Source: Chrysomallon squamiferum
Lineage: Eukaryota; Animalia; Mollusca
Direction: 5' to 3'
Assembly (NCBI GenBank): GCA_012295275.1
Contig: CM022672.1
Location: 16,058,001 to 16,122,000 of the forward strand
DNA length: 64,000 nucleotides
Position numbers and translations under genes: made by a program. This document shows, in pieces, positions 29,580 through 45,535 of the stretch. The notes beneath the pieces are model-generated. The model was not told where the DNA came from. It saw only the letters and a program-made list of their open reading frames with translations, and searched no databases. The number at the start of each line of letters is the position of its first letter. The stretch's first letter is position 1.

Positions 29580-30239
29580 AACCCATACATGCATGAACAA
29601 AAATATAAAACCAGAGTACACACATATGCCCAGACATACATCCATATTATACTGTACACTACAAACATAAACTTATGTCATACATATGTGCAATATACAC
29701 ATATACAGAAGCACTCCATATAGATATATGCATGGACAAATATACATGGAATACATATAAATGTATGAACACAAACAAAAAAGCATGCATGTGCACACAT
29801 ATCCACATAAATGTATGTTTTGTTTGTGTGTTTGTGGGATATTTGTGCTAATTACAGTAAATCATTTATTGACATGTTTGTTTTTGTTTTTACAATTTAT
29901 AATCACCATTGCTGCTGTCACCACTAGCTGTTAGGGTTGTCATCACTATTAATTATTTTCTGCAGTCTCAAAGCTAAACTGAAATGTAATGAACAGAACC
30001 AAACTGAAATGAACTAAACTGAACAGGATTTAAATGAACCAAACTAAACTAAACCAAACCCAAATGAACTGAAACTGAAATGAACAGAACTGAAGTAAAT
30101 ATTATTAAAATTCATAATACAAAAATTAAAATTAAATTTAAAAAAAAAAAAAAAAAAAAGTAAACCAAATTTAAACCAAACTTGACTCCACCAAAAAAAA
30201 AAAGAGAAAAAAAAAAATGAAGAAAGAGAAGCCAAACAC

Positions 30240-30620
30240 TTTCAAAGAGAAAACACGCAGACTTGACAATCATTGGCGACTAAGAGACGATTTTCTTTAC
30301 TTATTACCTTTTTATCATTATAACCAGGTGAACTCCAGAGTAATTTTTTTTGTCAGTGAGAGTTTGCTAACTGTCTTGAGTATACTTTGGCGACAAAGAT
30401 GTTTTCTTGGTACCCAAGTAAGAGTGTTGAGCTCTTGGTTTGTGTCAACAAACCCACCACATGTGCACAATTCAGTGCGACACAAAGCTTTGAATTAAAA
30501 TGACAGCCTGACAACACTGCCACAATTCACGGAAACAGATGCAGGTTCATCGTCACCACCGTGTACAAGACAAACAGAAACCCACCGCTTGCTCGAACAC
30601 TTCGTTTTGATGTTGTTAAC
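30240..30620. promoter_or_regulatory. CpG-retaining complex-sequence island, putative regulatory element
   Basis: About a dozen CpGs in 380 bp in an otherwise CpG-depleted window, flanked by poly-A/AT-rich spacers. Confidence 0.3.
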
Positions 30621-30914
30621 AAGGTGTGAGAGAAAAAAGGAAATAAATTTTATTTTTAGTTATTGTTTTATATTATAAAAGAAATAAAAAAACAAACAAA
30701 AAAAAACAACAACTAAATAATTGGTGCAAAATCCAACAAAAAGAAGTCTTGGTTTTGACTTTTAGTTTTTAGTTTTAAATTTTAAATTATAAAATAAATA
30801 ATAAAAAAAACAACTCCTAACGGGAAAAAAAAAAGATGTTTTGGTTTTGTGTTTTTTTTTTTTTTTTTTTTCTAAATTTTAAATTATAAAACAAACAAGA
30901 AAAAACCCCTAAAA

Positions 30915-31215
30915 GGCAGATATTGCTAATGCAATGTAGATATAGATAGTACAATATAGATATTGCTAATACAATGTAGATATTGCTAATCCAATGCAGA
31001 TAATGTAACAATACAGCATAGATATAGATAGTACAATGTAGATATAGATAGTACAATGTAGATATTGATAGTACAATGTAGATATAGATAGTACAATGTA
31101 GATATAGACAGTACACTGTAGATACTGCTAATGCAATGCAGATATTGCTAATGCAATGTAGATATAGATAATACAATGTAGATATAGATAATACAATGTA
31201 GATATTGTTAATGAA
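30915..31215 (+). repeat. 20-bp minisatellite, about 15 copies
   Basis: gatatagatagtacaatgta / gatattgctaatgcaatgta variants; explains ORF 30817-31242. Confidence 0.95.
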
Positions 31216-31743
31216 AGTATATAAAGATATTACAATGTTCACAATGGCAAGTCAATATTAATATCATAATGTAAATATAAGCATCTATATTTTAATATAG
31301 ATATTATATTACAACTGTAGATGTTGGAAATTTAATGTGAAAACTTATAATGTTATTTAAATACAAAAATGTGGATGCATAAATTGAAATTTAGATACTG
31401 AAAACTTAATACAACAAAAGATATATTTGAGATGTAATTAAAATTCATGGTGAATATATATATATAATATTAAAACAAATATAATGTACCATACTTAAGT
31501 ACCTCTGACAAAACTAAATAAATGTTGAAAGTGTCAATCTAATGTATATAAAGTGAAAACATATACTCAAAAAAAGGATATCAACACTGAATATATCAAA
31601 TGTAAATGACTTATAACCTGAAAAAACAAACAACAAAACAAGAAGAACAAAACTGACTGACTGAAAGATTGCTGTTGATGTTGTAATGAATATAACTCTT
31701 TTTTATATACTTTTCTAAATAAAATAAAAAAGTAAACAAAGTA

Positions 31744-31779
<36 letters not shown>

Positions 31780-33034
31780 AAAATATTAGGCTTTTCATAT
31801 GCCTATAAATTATTACATTACTAAAGCAATAGATTTAAAAAAAAAAATTAAAATTAAAAAATGTATATATATATATATATAATTAATTATTGATCACAAA
31901 TTTATACATTAACCTGACATTTCCATTCTGCAGGCATCAAATTCAGTAATAATTTCAAACTTGGACAGATGTTCTTCCAAACCGTATTTGAAAATATATT
32001 TATATCATTAAAAAAAGAAGAAGATATATCACATAACATATATCTTCATCAAACTGAATTGGATGATTCCTAGAATTTTGTTTGTTTTTGTTGTTTTTTT
32101 TGTTAAAATTTTCAATTTAGAATAATTCACAATTTTATGTCTCTAAGTTTGGCTACTAAAATACCTTCTGAAAAAAGATAAAAAGAATTTTATGTAACTG
32201 CAAGTCAACAATCACACTTGTTGAATGGCCAGTCCTATCTCTTGATAAAATATTATCAGTTATCTTTTTCTTAGACACAGAACAGGTGGGCGCCTTTTAT
32301 GTGGGACAGTGGGTAAAAAATATTACCACAACTGTCATGAAGATAAAACCTAGCATCAGAGGAGAGATGCAATGTTAACATCTTAAAACATGGACGTTTT
32401 TACTAATGAATTTATTTAATTATCTTTGTTTTATTAATGTTTAATTTTTTTTTTTTTTTTTTCCCGTTCATTTATTTTATTTTGTTTCATGAAATTTTAT
32501 TTTATTATTTAATTTCTATTTCTTCAAAGTTTAATTTTTTTTTTTTATTCTATATTAATTTATTTCATCTTCAATCAGATAAAAATATGAGATCAAAAAA
32601 GTTCTCAAGATAAATAAATAAATAATTAATATAGTGAAATGTAATTTAATTAATACAACTAATTAGCTATTCAATATTTTTTAAAAACACTTTTACTGAT
32701 GATTAACCATACATTAATCAATATATCTAACCCAATAAAAAATAATTTACATTAAAATTTAATGAAAAATGTCCTTGTCATGAATTTTATCTCATTGTAT
32801 GACCTCTTACATTTCCCACAATTCTCTATTATACACATTTTATCTTTTTTCAGATAACCAGCTTTAACTCATTACTTTTTGAATCAAAGGCCATTACATC
32901 TAAATGTCTATATAATATTGTTTAAGTAACGCACCATGTCAATGAAATCAATAATTAATTTTAATGAATCTCAATTATGTATGAACTTATATTAATGGTT
33001 ATTAGTTATCACATGATTTTTAAAACCTATTTTT

Positions 33035-33093
33035 GAGCTTTGATCCTTAGACCTATCACATCTCAGATAAATGTCTAAACCATTCAGCTAACC
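33035..33093 (-). mobile_element. Possible decayed tRNA-derived SINE head
   Basis: Minus strand GGTTAGCTGAATGGTTTAGACATTTATCTGAGATGTGATAGGTCTAAGGATCAAAGCTC has an A-box-like TAGCTnnnTGG and a degenerate B-box at tRNA-like spacing; no intact cloverleaf. Confidence 0.3.
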
Positions 33094-34408
33094 ATTATCC
33101 CATATCAGTAATAAAATAATTTATGAAATTACTTGTTTTTTATTGTCACCAAATTGTGTTCAGTGTAACAGTAAAAGTGCAATTAACATGTTTGACATTT
33201 TCATAAAGAAGTTCGAAGGATGATAATTATGGTAATTGAGAAACAGAGAGAATAATGTATGGGTTGTAGTCTTCACCCATATAACTTTATTATAGAAACA
33301 AAAATCAAAGCCTCAGAATCCTGCTTTAAATAATCTTTCAATAATAATAATATTTTCATCATATCAACTATCTTTTAGATTAAATATAATACAAGTAATA
33401 CAAATACTGCAAATTCCAGTGGAAATTTGATAATCACCTTAATAAACATTTGTAAGTTAAAACTCCACAACATTCAAACACTTGATTAATGTAAGCATCT
33501 GCATTACTGGCAACAGCATCACCACACTTTCTAGTGTCCAGACAAGACATAGCAACTGGGCTGGCAATTAACCCACAGAGTGTCACAACTTAACAATACC
33601 TAATACAGTGTTTTGTATTACCCATGTGAAGAGGCTCTACACTCTGATGTTAACAGCTCCTTACAATACACAGTTTTAATTCTTGTTACCTGCAACCTTA
33701 TCAATACAACCATCTGTATTATCTGAACAGGATGACTTCCTTTTCCTTTTATCTCTGTTACTAACAGTCATCCTTAAGTTACAAATAATATCTGAAGTAA
33801 AAAATTATCAACAGCGACCTGATGAATACAACCATCTCTATTATCTGAAGAGGAATACTTCTTTTACCTTTTATCTTTATTACTATCAATCACCCATACC
33901 TGAACTTTCGTCATCTGCAACCATATTAATCACACAACAAATATGTTACCTGCCACAAAACGTCTGCTATTTCCAGTAGTTGGTGTATGCAGAGGACAAT
34001 GGTTGACATGTCAACACAAATTCCATGGTTGTCAGTGTTAAAATCAGTGTTGTCATCTTCAGTGGGCAAGCTGCATATCACAGTGTTTTTAAACTGAACA
34101 TCTGGCTCAGTGCAGATCAATATATTGTGAATATAAAATAATGTAAGCACAAACTAAAATTTACTAACATATAACAGCTTCAAGGTAATTGTATTCTTGT
34201 CATTTTAATATTTTAAAATAAAAAAATATAAAAAATATATTACAATTTTAAATTTTGCATTTATCATCTGATTTTAAAAAAAATTATTTTACTGCTTGAC
34301 GAAATGTTCTTCCACTGTATTATTGTATGTAATGATAGATTAAGTATTAGAACAGCAAAATCAGATACATAATATAAGGTAAAATAATATGGCATAACAA
34401 CATATAAT

Positions 34409-34454
<46 letters not shown>

Positions 34455-35333
34455 TACACACACACACACATTTGTACAAAAATTAATATTCAAACTCCAT
34501 AATGAAATTGTACATCTATACATTTATACATATGCCAGTATGTATGTCCTGAACACTTTTAAAAAGGGAATACTGTTTACAGCATTATTATATATTTTAT
34601 TCAACAGATTGATTAAACTCCGTCTGTTTTATAAACCACCAGCACATAATTCATAGTATTTTAGTTATGCAATTATTTTTATGCCTTGCTTGCATTTGAA
34701 AAACAAATCACAATATTGCTTTCTGCCACATATTTCATAAATGATCAAACAAATTAACATTTAGTATCCTCTGTGATAATGTTCACTAGTGATTTTTTTC
34801 TTTCATCTATTTGTAATGATCTTTTGGTCTTGACCTATTTTTAAAAAGGTGAAAAAAAAAAGAGAAAAAAGGGAAGGCCAATACATGATACTGAATTTGT
34901 TCTCCACCTGAAATACCTGTCAGATTGATAGACAGGAGGTTGGTGTTTTAGTCCTTATAAATACTGAACTTTCAGTGTGTCATGACAGAAAAAAAAAAAA
35001 AAAAAAAATAGTAATAGTAATAGTAATAATATGAAATAAAAAAAAATAAAAATGAAATAAAAAAAATGGTACAACACAAGAGTACTTACTCTCAATAGGT
35101 GTAAGATTTGGGAAAAAAAGGGAAGATCTTCCGATAATAATATATGATCCTGGTGGAAAGTAGATAACCATTTTTGATCTAATAATACACATTTTTCAGT
35201 GTGTTGTGTTACTTACGTTATAGAACTAAGTACCATTATCTAATCCTGTTTTTGTTGTTCTGTCATATATCTGCCACACACACACACACACACACACACA
35301 AACAAACAAAAACACAAACAAACATGTCTGTGT

Positions 35334-35364
<31 letters not shown>

Positions 35365-36269
35365 ACAAAAAAATACCTGTTCAAGTGAAAATAATAACAC
35401 TGTCGTGCCATACTTTCTCTTTCATACACCAGTAAGCATGTGGTTATTAGCACATACATGTTACCAGGCATGCATGCAATTCCTAGGCTGTGTTATCTGT
35501 TACAGAGACTTTCCAAAATCAATAAATGCAGAAAAGGTATTGAACCAAGACACTGAGGCAACATCAACACATCAGATATAAAACATTATTATTACTATTA
35601 TTATTATCATCATCATCATCATCATCATCATTATTATTGTTATTATTATTATTATCACTATTATTACTGTTGTTGTTGTTATTATTATCATTATTAATGT
35701 AATATTTATATTAATAATAATAATAATGTTTTATATCATAGAGGTCAGTGTTGCCTATAATAATGATAGTAATAACATGATCAACAACAAATAAATAATT
35801 AAAGAAAGAACACATACGAAACCAACCAACAGACAAATAAATAAATATCATTTAATACACTTTTTGTTGTGTCAAGTTTCCAGTGATTTTCTTTGGTAAT
35901 AGTTTCCTGTCAACTAACAGTCATAAATAACAAATGACATTCTATATGAAAGTTTATTTAGTTTGGTAATTAAATAACTTCAGTTACCCTCACCTTTGCT
36001 GTCACCTGTTCTATAAGTAATGTAAATGGCTTCTCACAGAGTCAGTTCCCTTGATTACAGGTATCACATAATATATCTATCTGTCTATCTATTCATCTAT
36101 ATATATATATGGAGAATTTTCAGAATTGTGATTTGGTAATAAATCACATAAGCAAAAAAAAAAAAATAAAAAATTAACGAATCCTGTTTTTGATAATGAT
36201 GAAGAAATACTATAAACCAGACAAAATGTTTTTGATTATCATCAAAAAGTTCATTAAAACTAAAAAAAA

Positions 36270-36900
36270 TTGTATTAATAATGCAGAGTTACTTTGCAAT
36301 AAAATTTTATTATCTTTTTTGCAATAATATTGTATTGTTATATTTCACAGTAATATTGTGCAGTTCTAATATAAATATTCTGTTTTATTTCATAATATTG
36401 TATTGTCCTATGTTACCTAAAAACATTGTCTTGTCTTATTTGACCAAAAATACTGTATTGTCATATTTACATTAACATCTTAATAAAAATGTAAATTGTT
36501 CTATTAAATAATAATTCAGTTTATATTTCACAGTAATACTGTACTGTTTTAATAAAAATTAGGTTCATTTCATAATAATGCAGAGATATTTCACAGAGAT
36601 ATTGTATTGTCTTAATAAAAATGTATTATTTTTATCTCATAATAATGCAGTGTTTTTTTTGACAATAATACTATATTGTCTTATTTCATAATATGATACT
36701 GTATTATAATATAACAGTATTGTTTTATTTAAAATGATCCTATGGTTTTATTTAAAATTATCCTGTTGTCATTTCTTAACAGAATAATACTGTCTCACAA
36801 AACACTATATTTGTCTTATTTCATGTCAGCACTGGAATAAAATTTCATCGCCTTACAGTGAGATCACATTGTGTTATCTAACAACTGTCTTATTTCACAT
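36270..36900 (+). repeat. Highly degenerate AT-rich minisatellite
   Basis: Recurring ataatattgtattgtcttatttca-like units. Confidence 0.6.
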
Positions 36901-37731
36901 GTATGCTGAGGAGGACTGATCCCAAAACTTCTCACTCTTTAAGTCAAAATGGCTCCACAGTTGGTGCACCTCAAAGGTAATGAAAAATGTTGTTTATCTT
37001 CTTTACTGGCACATTTCCTACAGGGTTAACAGTTCACATTCAACTGCTGAAGACATACACATTTGGCATTTTAAGAAAAAAAAAAATGTTTTAAAAGAAG
37101 AAGACAACCAAATTTATCGCATTTTGCACACCTCTCCACTCCTTGGTTAGGGTTCACTATGTTATGATAAAAGGTCGCAAAGTCAGAACTTCTACAAATA
37201 ATTTTTATCTCAACACCACCAGATCTCTTTGCCTTGCTTATGATTTGCAATCAGACATAACAAAAAGATGAAAAAAAAAAAGGAAGGACAAGAAAGAGAA
37301 AAAAAAAAAGAAAAAAAAAAGACCTGCAAGCAAAAATGTTCTTATCATGTGTTTCTGGTGCTGTAGAAGTGAAAACAGAAATGCTGTGAATCAGTCTACC
37401 AACCCACCAAAAGTTTTCAATATCTCCTAGCTAGCATGCCTTATTTATGTTAGATATTTATGTATTTTTCTTTATTATGGGATGAAAAAAAAAAAAAGGA
37501 GAAGAAGAAGAAGAAAAATAAAATAAATTAATAATGTTTTTAAAAATATATATATTAAAAAAAAAGCAAACATGTTTGGCAAATAAAAACAGCAGAGGAA
37601 AAGATTTAGTCCAGTGACAAAAAGCAAAACCATCTTTAATGTGAATCTTTGCTCTTTTGGTTTGTGTTTTTACCAGGAGCTGGTTTATCACTGTAAACAC
37701 AAGACATATGTCAGCTGATGCTGGCACCCCT

Positions 37732-37744
37732 TGACCTCTGACCT
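37732..37744 (-). promoter_or_regulatory. Perfect DR1 nuclear-receptor motif (AGGTCA-G-AGGTCA)
   Basis: Plus strand TGACCTCTGACCT inside the island at 37580-37980. The match is exact; function is inferred. Confidence 0.35.
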
Positions 37745-40325
37745 CGCTGGTGTATGAGCTGTTAATCAGATGGCTGACATGACTGAGGGATACAACAATT
37801 CAGAGGTTTTTTTTTGTGAAGACATAATTATGATCAACATTTGTGTCTGACACGTTATCAGAACAATTGTTTGGTAACACTGCATTTTCTACTTGTAATA
37901 ATCATAGTGATGAGATAAATCATTAACAAAGGCTAATTGTGATACCAACTAAGATCAAGATATTACATCCCAAAGTGATACATATCATTTATAAATATTT
38001 TAAAATAGTCCCTCATGATTATCACTTACAAGCTTTCTTAATAAGGTCATGTTGAGCACATACAAAACTTATTATCACTGTTGTTATTACAAAGATAATG
38101 ATAAATATCTTTTATAAATATTTTAACACAATCATTATAATACTCCCTCAAATAGATAAATGTATGGCTATCTAGATCTATTATACACATTTTCCATAAA
38201 GAATGATTCAGTTTTATTTCCTGAATCCTGCTGTAAATGTACTTCAAGCTATAGTTATATTTACAATCATCATCCTCATCATCATAGATTTGATTAATAT
38301 CGTCACTATTATGATCCCTATTATCAACATTTCTGCACCATTTTTATCATCAACATCATCATCAATAGATTTTATTAATATCATCATCATCATTATGATC
38401 CTCATTTTCATCATCAGTTCTTCAGTATTTCATTAGTAACATTATCATTATCATCATCATTGTGATTATGATCTCCATTTTCATTAACACTTCTTCAATA
38501 TTTCGTTAATAAAATAATCCTTATTACCATTGCTATCATGTCTGTCAGTAAGATCTCCATTATCAATATTTCTGCACTACTTTTATTAATAATCATAATT
38601 TTCTTCTTCTTCTTCTTCTTCGTACCTTGTGGTGATGATTAACTCATGTGTTGAAACTTTCTCACTCCCAGGCTGAAGTGTGGGCACACATCTGACCCAA
38701 ACCTCACAGAGGCCATACATCACCAAGTCACCACTTGACAGGTTGAGAAGGCAAAACAAACATGTCACACAAACAAAGCTATTCACCAAATCTAAGCCAC
38801 TGTTATCCTCAGTCAAACCATACAGTAAGACATTTGTTATTTCTGCCATTTCACTTATAAGGAAAAAAAAAAAAAAAAATTATTATTGTTATTATTTGCT
38901 CTTTTATTTTCTTCTTCTTTTTTTTTCTTTTTGTATCTGGTTTTTTTTTTTTTTTTTTCCTCTCTATTTTTCTTTTTTTTATTATTTCAATTATAGATTT
39001 TGTGAGTTTTTTTTTTTTCAATATGGCCCCCATTAATCACACAGGTCAGACATGGCATTTGAATGACTTTTCCACATGAAAAGATTATCAAACTGTCATG
39101 GTTTGGCTTTGCTAAGCAGCAAGAATTTTAAAGCATTGAACTACAGATAAGAAAACAATTTAAAAAAAAAAAAATAGAAAAATCATTCCAAACTGACCTC
39201 TTTAGATGATAAGCATATGCTGTTAATTTCATTTTTTTTTTATTATTCAAGTCTTCTATTTAATTTTGTAAGAAAATCCTATTTTTTAAATTTCATTTTT
39301 TCATTATTTATTTATTTAAATTTTATTGATTTCTTGATTTTAATTTTTTTTAAATAAATCAACTTCTGTATTTTTTAAATAATTTATTTTCGCATTTATG
39401 CTTAATTTATCTTACTTTTTATTAATAAATTTATATATTTACTGATTTCTTTTTTCTGTTAATAGTTTTTGTTTGTATTTTCAACTTCAGTATATGGGTT
39501 CATCTATTTTACTATTTTTATGTGTGAAAGTTTCATATCTGCATAAAATAGTATTACTGTTATTTAACATAAATGATCGCACACATACAAATGACATAAA
39601 CTTATATATAAGAGGAAACTGAAGCAACATAATACACACACACATCTAAAAACATTTGTGAAAACAAAGCATCCAGTCTGAATTCAAAGTTTTAACTGAA
39701 GCTACAAAGAATGGAACTGACACATTAAACCTATTATTAAGACAAAAATCATCATAAGCTAGGGCATAACATATCATACCACAACATTTCAACCATATGC
39801 ATGGTAATGATGATTATTTTCTTAAACAGTTATATAAATTTAAATTATTTTAATGGAGGTCACAATACAACTAAAGGTTACAGTACCCCATGAGGTACTT
39901 TTCACACACCAGTGGACAAGACAAACAAATTAATAAATAACTAATCTCTATTTAACATCTAGGCAATGATGCATAACACTCACTGCACCAAACATGTGTG
40001 TGTAATTTAATTTTCATTATCATGATTTTTTTTTTTGATTTTTTTAAATCCTGTATACACATCCACTTTATTTTTTTGGTTTTTTCTTTTGCATAAATAT
40101 TAGTTATCTGAGTCAGTACTACTGAGTGTATTTATGTAGATTAATTTCCTTTTTTTTTATCTTTCCCCCAGTTACTAATTATGTAATTTTTATTATCAGT
40201 TTCTTTTCTTTTTTTCTGAATATATCAAATTCACATTCAGCATGTACTACAGGAATGTATTTTCTTTTTCTTATTATATGGACTGAACATAAGTATTCAA
40301 TAAAAATAAAGTACTTTACAAATGC

Positions 40326-40461
<136 letters not shown>

Positions 40462-41660
40462 ACTCACTCTCACTCTCCACTGTAACCCATATAATTTAAA
40501 CTAATTCAAGTCAGTTAATTTATACTGTCCAGGACTTTTAGCCCATGGTTACAAGAAGAAGCCATACAATGAACACTAATGACCAACATCAGAACTCTAT
40601 TTTCAAATTTGTGTGGCTTTTCATTGGCCTCAGAGTTAATAAATCTGTACCTCATTATCACATAATAATATAACAATAGTAGTATAATCTATAATTATTG
40701 TGTTAAAAATAATTTAAATTTTCTTAATTTTTTTTTGTCTCTCAGTTTTCAACTTTTCCCTAGTCCAATTATTTTATAAAAATTGAACATGACTACCCAT
40801 AAACTTTAGAAAACATATCAAAACTTAATTCAATTTATTACAAACAGTTTGATTGGCTGTTACAAACACTGTATCAACTATTGAAAACTACTTTCATAAA
40901 AACTGGTCATCATTAGCTTATGAATGTCTTCTTGTTTCCTTATCTTCCAAAGTGAAATTCAAAATTACCTATGGGGATTTATTTCAATATAAAATGTATT
41001 AACTCTGGCCAAGGGGGAAAAAAAAACCTCAGGGGAAGAAGATAGATAATGACCTCCAAACCTTGTTAATTAGACTGGTATCCTCAGGTATTTGGCTCAA
41101 ATTCAGAGCCAGCTTTTTCGGATTTATCAGTTTGGTATGAGAAAATTTTATTCATCTGTCTGTGAAATTAAAAGAGAAAAAATAATCCAACCTGTCATCA
41201 GTGGATATTTGTAGAAAAATCCCTCATGAAGGAAATGACATGAATCTGAAATTAACTTTAAAACAAAAAACACTGGAAAAAAACAATTTCTAATTTAACA
41301 ATGAGTTAAGTGCAAACACAAATGGTCAGATGTATTTGGTGTGCATATAATCAAGAATTTTTTTTTCATCCCACTCTATAATCAGTGAAATTTAGGCCTG
41401 TCCCTTGATGTTTGTGCCATATAATCAAACTAAGGTATATTTTTAATCAAACTATATCACTGTATTATTTTGTTTTCTTTTGATGGGTTATTCTTTTAAA
41501 GGATCTTCTAATATGATGTGTTCTGAGTCACAGGATTAGTCTAGTTTAATAGATTTTTAGTTCTTAAGTATATTTATGTATATTTATATGTCTCTGTATG
41601 TGTGGGTGTACATCTGTACGTGTATATGTATGTATGTATGTGTGTGTGTATGTACATATG

Positions 41661-41695
<35 letters not shown>

Positions 41696-44600
41696 ATGCA
41701 TTATTATTTATTTGATTTTTTAGTGCCAGTTAATTTGTTTTTCTTAATTCCTGTGATAATAACATGGTTTTCTACCAAAGTTTTTGATAACAAAATGGCT
41801 GACATCATTTATCACTTCTTCCTGTGTGTTTGCAGACAAATACTGATAGGCTTACAATGTGGCTTATTAACATTTTTTTTTGTTTGGTCTTTTTGGCAGG
41901 TGTTAAATAAACACGATAATTTAATTTATATTTTATGTTTGCAATTTCCATATCAAAGTTCCAATCTCAAGTTCAAAAGAAATAAAATAAAATATAAAAT
42001 GAATGGGAAGAAAAAAGTTTTAAAAGTTATTATCTTTTTTCTGTTTTTTTATTGAGTGAAAGAATTTCTGATTTTAAATAGATTTGTGATTTATTTGAAA
42101 AATAAATAAGTAAGCATAAATTTTAATACTTTCAAATGAAAAAATTAAAATAATAGTAATAAAATTACTAAATAAAAGTGAGCTTAAATAAACACAGAAA
42201 ATAAAAATGATATGTGTGTGAAATAAAAAATCATATAGAAGTGATTTAATGTTTAACTTGACAAATTTTCCAGGTACACTCTACATCAACAGATAACTAC
42301 AATACCTGTTCAGTAAAAATAAAAAAGTAAAAATTAAATATAAAACTGAAAGAGGAATATTTACTCATTTACTCATTTTCTTCTTGAAGTGAAAAAAAGA
42401 AAAATTTTGGAATTTATTAACTCAGTATGAAACAGTTACTGCATTTACCACAAAACCACAGAATGCACATTCAACCTAACAACTAGTATGAAAAATTGTA
42501 AAATCAATAAAAATAATAAAAAAAAAAAAAAAAAAAAAAAAAAACAGAGATAGAGAAAAAACTCCTGCTGATCAATGATTCGTAACGTCATAAGATTAGT
42601 TGAGACTTAATAAGACATGAAGCTGATTACGAAAACAAGCCTGGACCTCAGCTGCTCTAGATTGACTTAATTGACCAATCAGAAAAACTCTTACATTGAT
42701 GAAAATTTCTCACAAATTTATTCCACACCATGAAGCCAACTAGAATACCAGAAGCCCTACATCCACATTATTACAAAAATTGGTACTCCAGGGAAGGCAA
42801 GCTTGTAGGTCAGTGCTCCAAGCTTTAGCAAGCTCTGGTTAGTCACTTCCAGCCATCTGATGAAGTAGTAGTAGTTAGGCAAATCTGTTATTAATAAGAC
42901 AGATAGTGGTGTCTATCCTATCATTAAATAAAGTCCAGAAATAGAACATATTTCCAGTGATGCATTATTTATTTGAGCTAATATATGGTATTGTATAACC
43001 CACTTTTCTAAGACCTGTTAAAGTTGAGTATTATTTTTTTACTACTATAGAAGCAATATGGTTATATACATGGATACATATGTATGTATGGATACTCGTG
43101 TAAAGAAATAATGCCTGCAGATAAATAAAATCTATGCAAGGCAAGTATAACCAAGTAAACCATTTGTAACTGAAGGACTGAAATGAAAATTAATAAACTT
43201 CTGACATAATAATAATGCTTAAAAGCTTACACAACCACGTAACAAGTTTACCTACCCCAAAATTACCAGAATACACTAATCCTATTCACAATGCCTCGAC
43301 ATAAACATAATCAATTCAGGCAAATGTGACTGTGTAAAATGTCTTGCCTAACAGTGTTGAAATCATTTTCTTATTCATAATGCTTCAACATAAATATGTG
43401 GGCTAATGTAACCATTTCACTGTGTAATTGCTTGCCCAGTTAACTGTGGATAAATGAAAATTATTATTCTCCTTGTAATGAAATAAAACTCCATTATGGT
43501 TTACGTTAATGGAAATAAAGTGTTTGATACAAAGTCTATTACAGTTTAGCGCAAGACAAAGCTGTTATGGTGAAGATGTACAATGGCTTATTGAGAAACG
43601 TGATCCGAAAAACTTAATAACAAGCCAGGAAGTAAAGCAAGATTTGTTCTCTTGTTATCTTCCCTGTACAATACAGTTAATAGACTGTTAGCTAACATGA
43701 AATAAAACACAGGTTGTATAGACTGTCGTAATCAATAATGGGATGTGTGATATTACTTAAAACTCTAGGGTTTGTTTCCAGTATGAAACAAAGTAAAAAT
43801 GTAACAGTAATGATAAGAAAAAGAAGAAAATAAAAAATATCAAAACAAAATCACAACAATCTTTAAGAGATTTTAAGTATTTTTGTAGTAGGTACTCGAA
43901 TTGACTTTGAACCAAAGGAAAGTTAAGTTTCCTCACTTTTAATTGTTTGCTTAAAATGTTATTTTCTGGTTTGATATTCTGTAAAAGGTTCAAGTGTGAC
44001 TATGTATACTTGTAATTAAGGTGTCTGAGTTACCTGAATGAGAATGTTAATTTGTGGTTTAAGGAAAAAAGAGTTTGTTGCTTCAGTGACACACACAAAA
44101 ACATCTGTTTATTAAATCAAATATTTATTTACTGTGTAAGTATTCAGATGTATCTGTATGTGTGAATATATTTTTAATTTGTGTGTACAGAAATAGAGAA
44201 AGTGAAAGTGAGAGAAGGGCGAGATAAACAGAGATAACAAAAGAGATATATATTCATGTGTTTGTTTCCACAGGAGTACAAAAGTATGCAAGTGTGTGTA
44301 TCTGTATATCTGTATGAGTGTGTGTTTATGTACATTTGTTTGCATGAGGGTGTATATGTCTATGTTCACATACATTGAACTTATCTCAGTATAAAAGATA
44401 TGTAGTAGATAAAGCAATCCACTTTTAGTAACAGAATATTAAACTGCTACCATCTGTATTCATAAACATCCCCATCAATAGTGCCAACCCATAAACCAGA
44501 TATACTGAGCCGGGGAAAAAAACTGACTGACAGTGGAAAAAGAAAAAAGAGTGACAGAATGTGAGAAAGAAAGGAAGAGGAAAACAAGATAGAGAAAACA

Positions 44601-45535
44601 ATAACAAGAGAAAGAAGAGCAAGAGAGAAAGCCAAATTACATGAATATACAAATAAATTAAATTACATTATGGAGAAAGGGGTCAATGCATTAGTTCTGT
44701 ATTAATCAGAAAGATATTTCAAATTTTCATGAAACCATACATAACATAATTAAATAAAGTAACATCCAGTGACCTACTTCCATCTTAATCCTGTCAGTTC
44801 CAGTCTTCTTTACCTAATTGCAAATCAAGCCAATTTGGAAAATCACATATTCATTTCAATTTCTTTTTTTTTTTTTTTTTTTTTTTTTTTCTTAAATCTT
44901 ATTTTCTTCTTTTCTTTTCAATTTCTTCTTTGTTCATATTTTTCTTTTTTTCTTCGCAGAATTCTGTTGTGAATGTCGACTATATCTTAACATGCCACAC
45001 AACATCCACTTGCCACTAATATCAACTGCAGAACAGTTGTTGGGAGAACACAATTGGCACTAATTACTGCTATCTCTAATTCTTAGTGATTATCTCTGAA
45101 CTCAGATCCATGGTCATGGATCAGATGAAAGAAAAAAGAAGAAAAAAATGCCATTAGTTTTAATCAATTATCTCAACCAGACATTCTATCTGAAGTTTGC
45201 ATCTCAGAAATCAGTGACATTTTCTTCTGTTAATGATTAACATTATGAATTTAAAACGATTTTTAACAAGCTCTTTGTTTTTGGGGCTTTTTTTAACTGA
45301 TTAGACAAGATGTCTGACAAACGATGGCTTACAAATTCAATACTTGTCAGTGCAGCCATTGCGGTATTGTTTTTTTATCATTGTTATTGCTAGAATCCCC
45401 ATTTTACTTTGGTTCTGCTGTAGTTATTATTACATAAGTAGAGTACAAATCTCCAGTGTGTTTGGGTGACATATTATTACTTCAGATTTAAATTTTTAAA
45501 GTGTCTGTTACAGCCACTTCTATAGTAAATATTAT

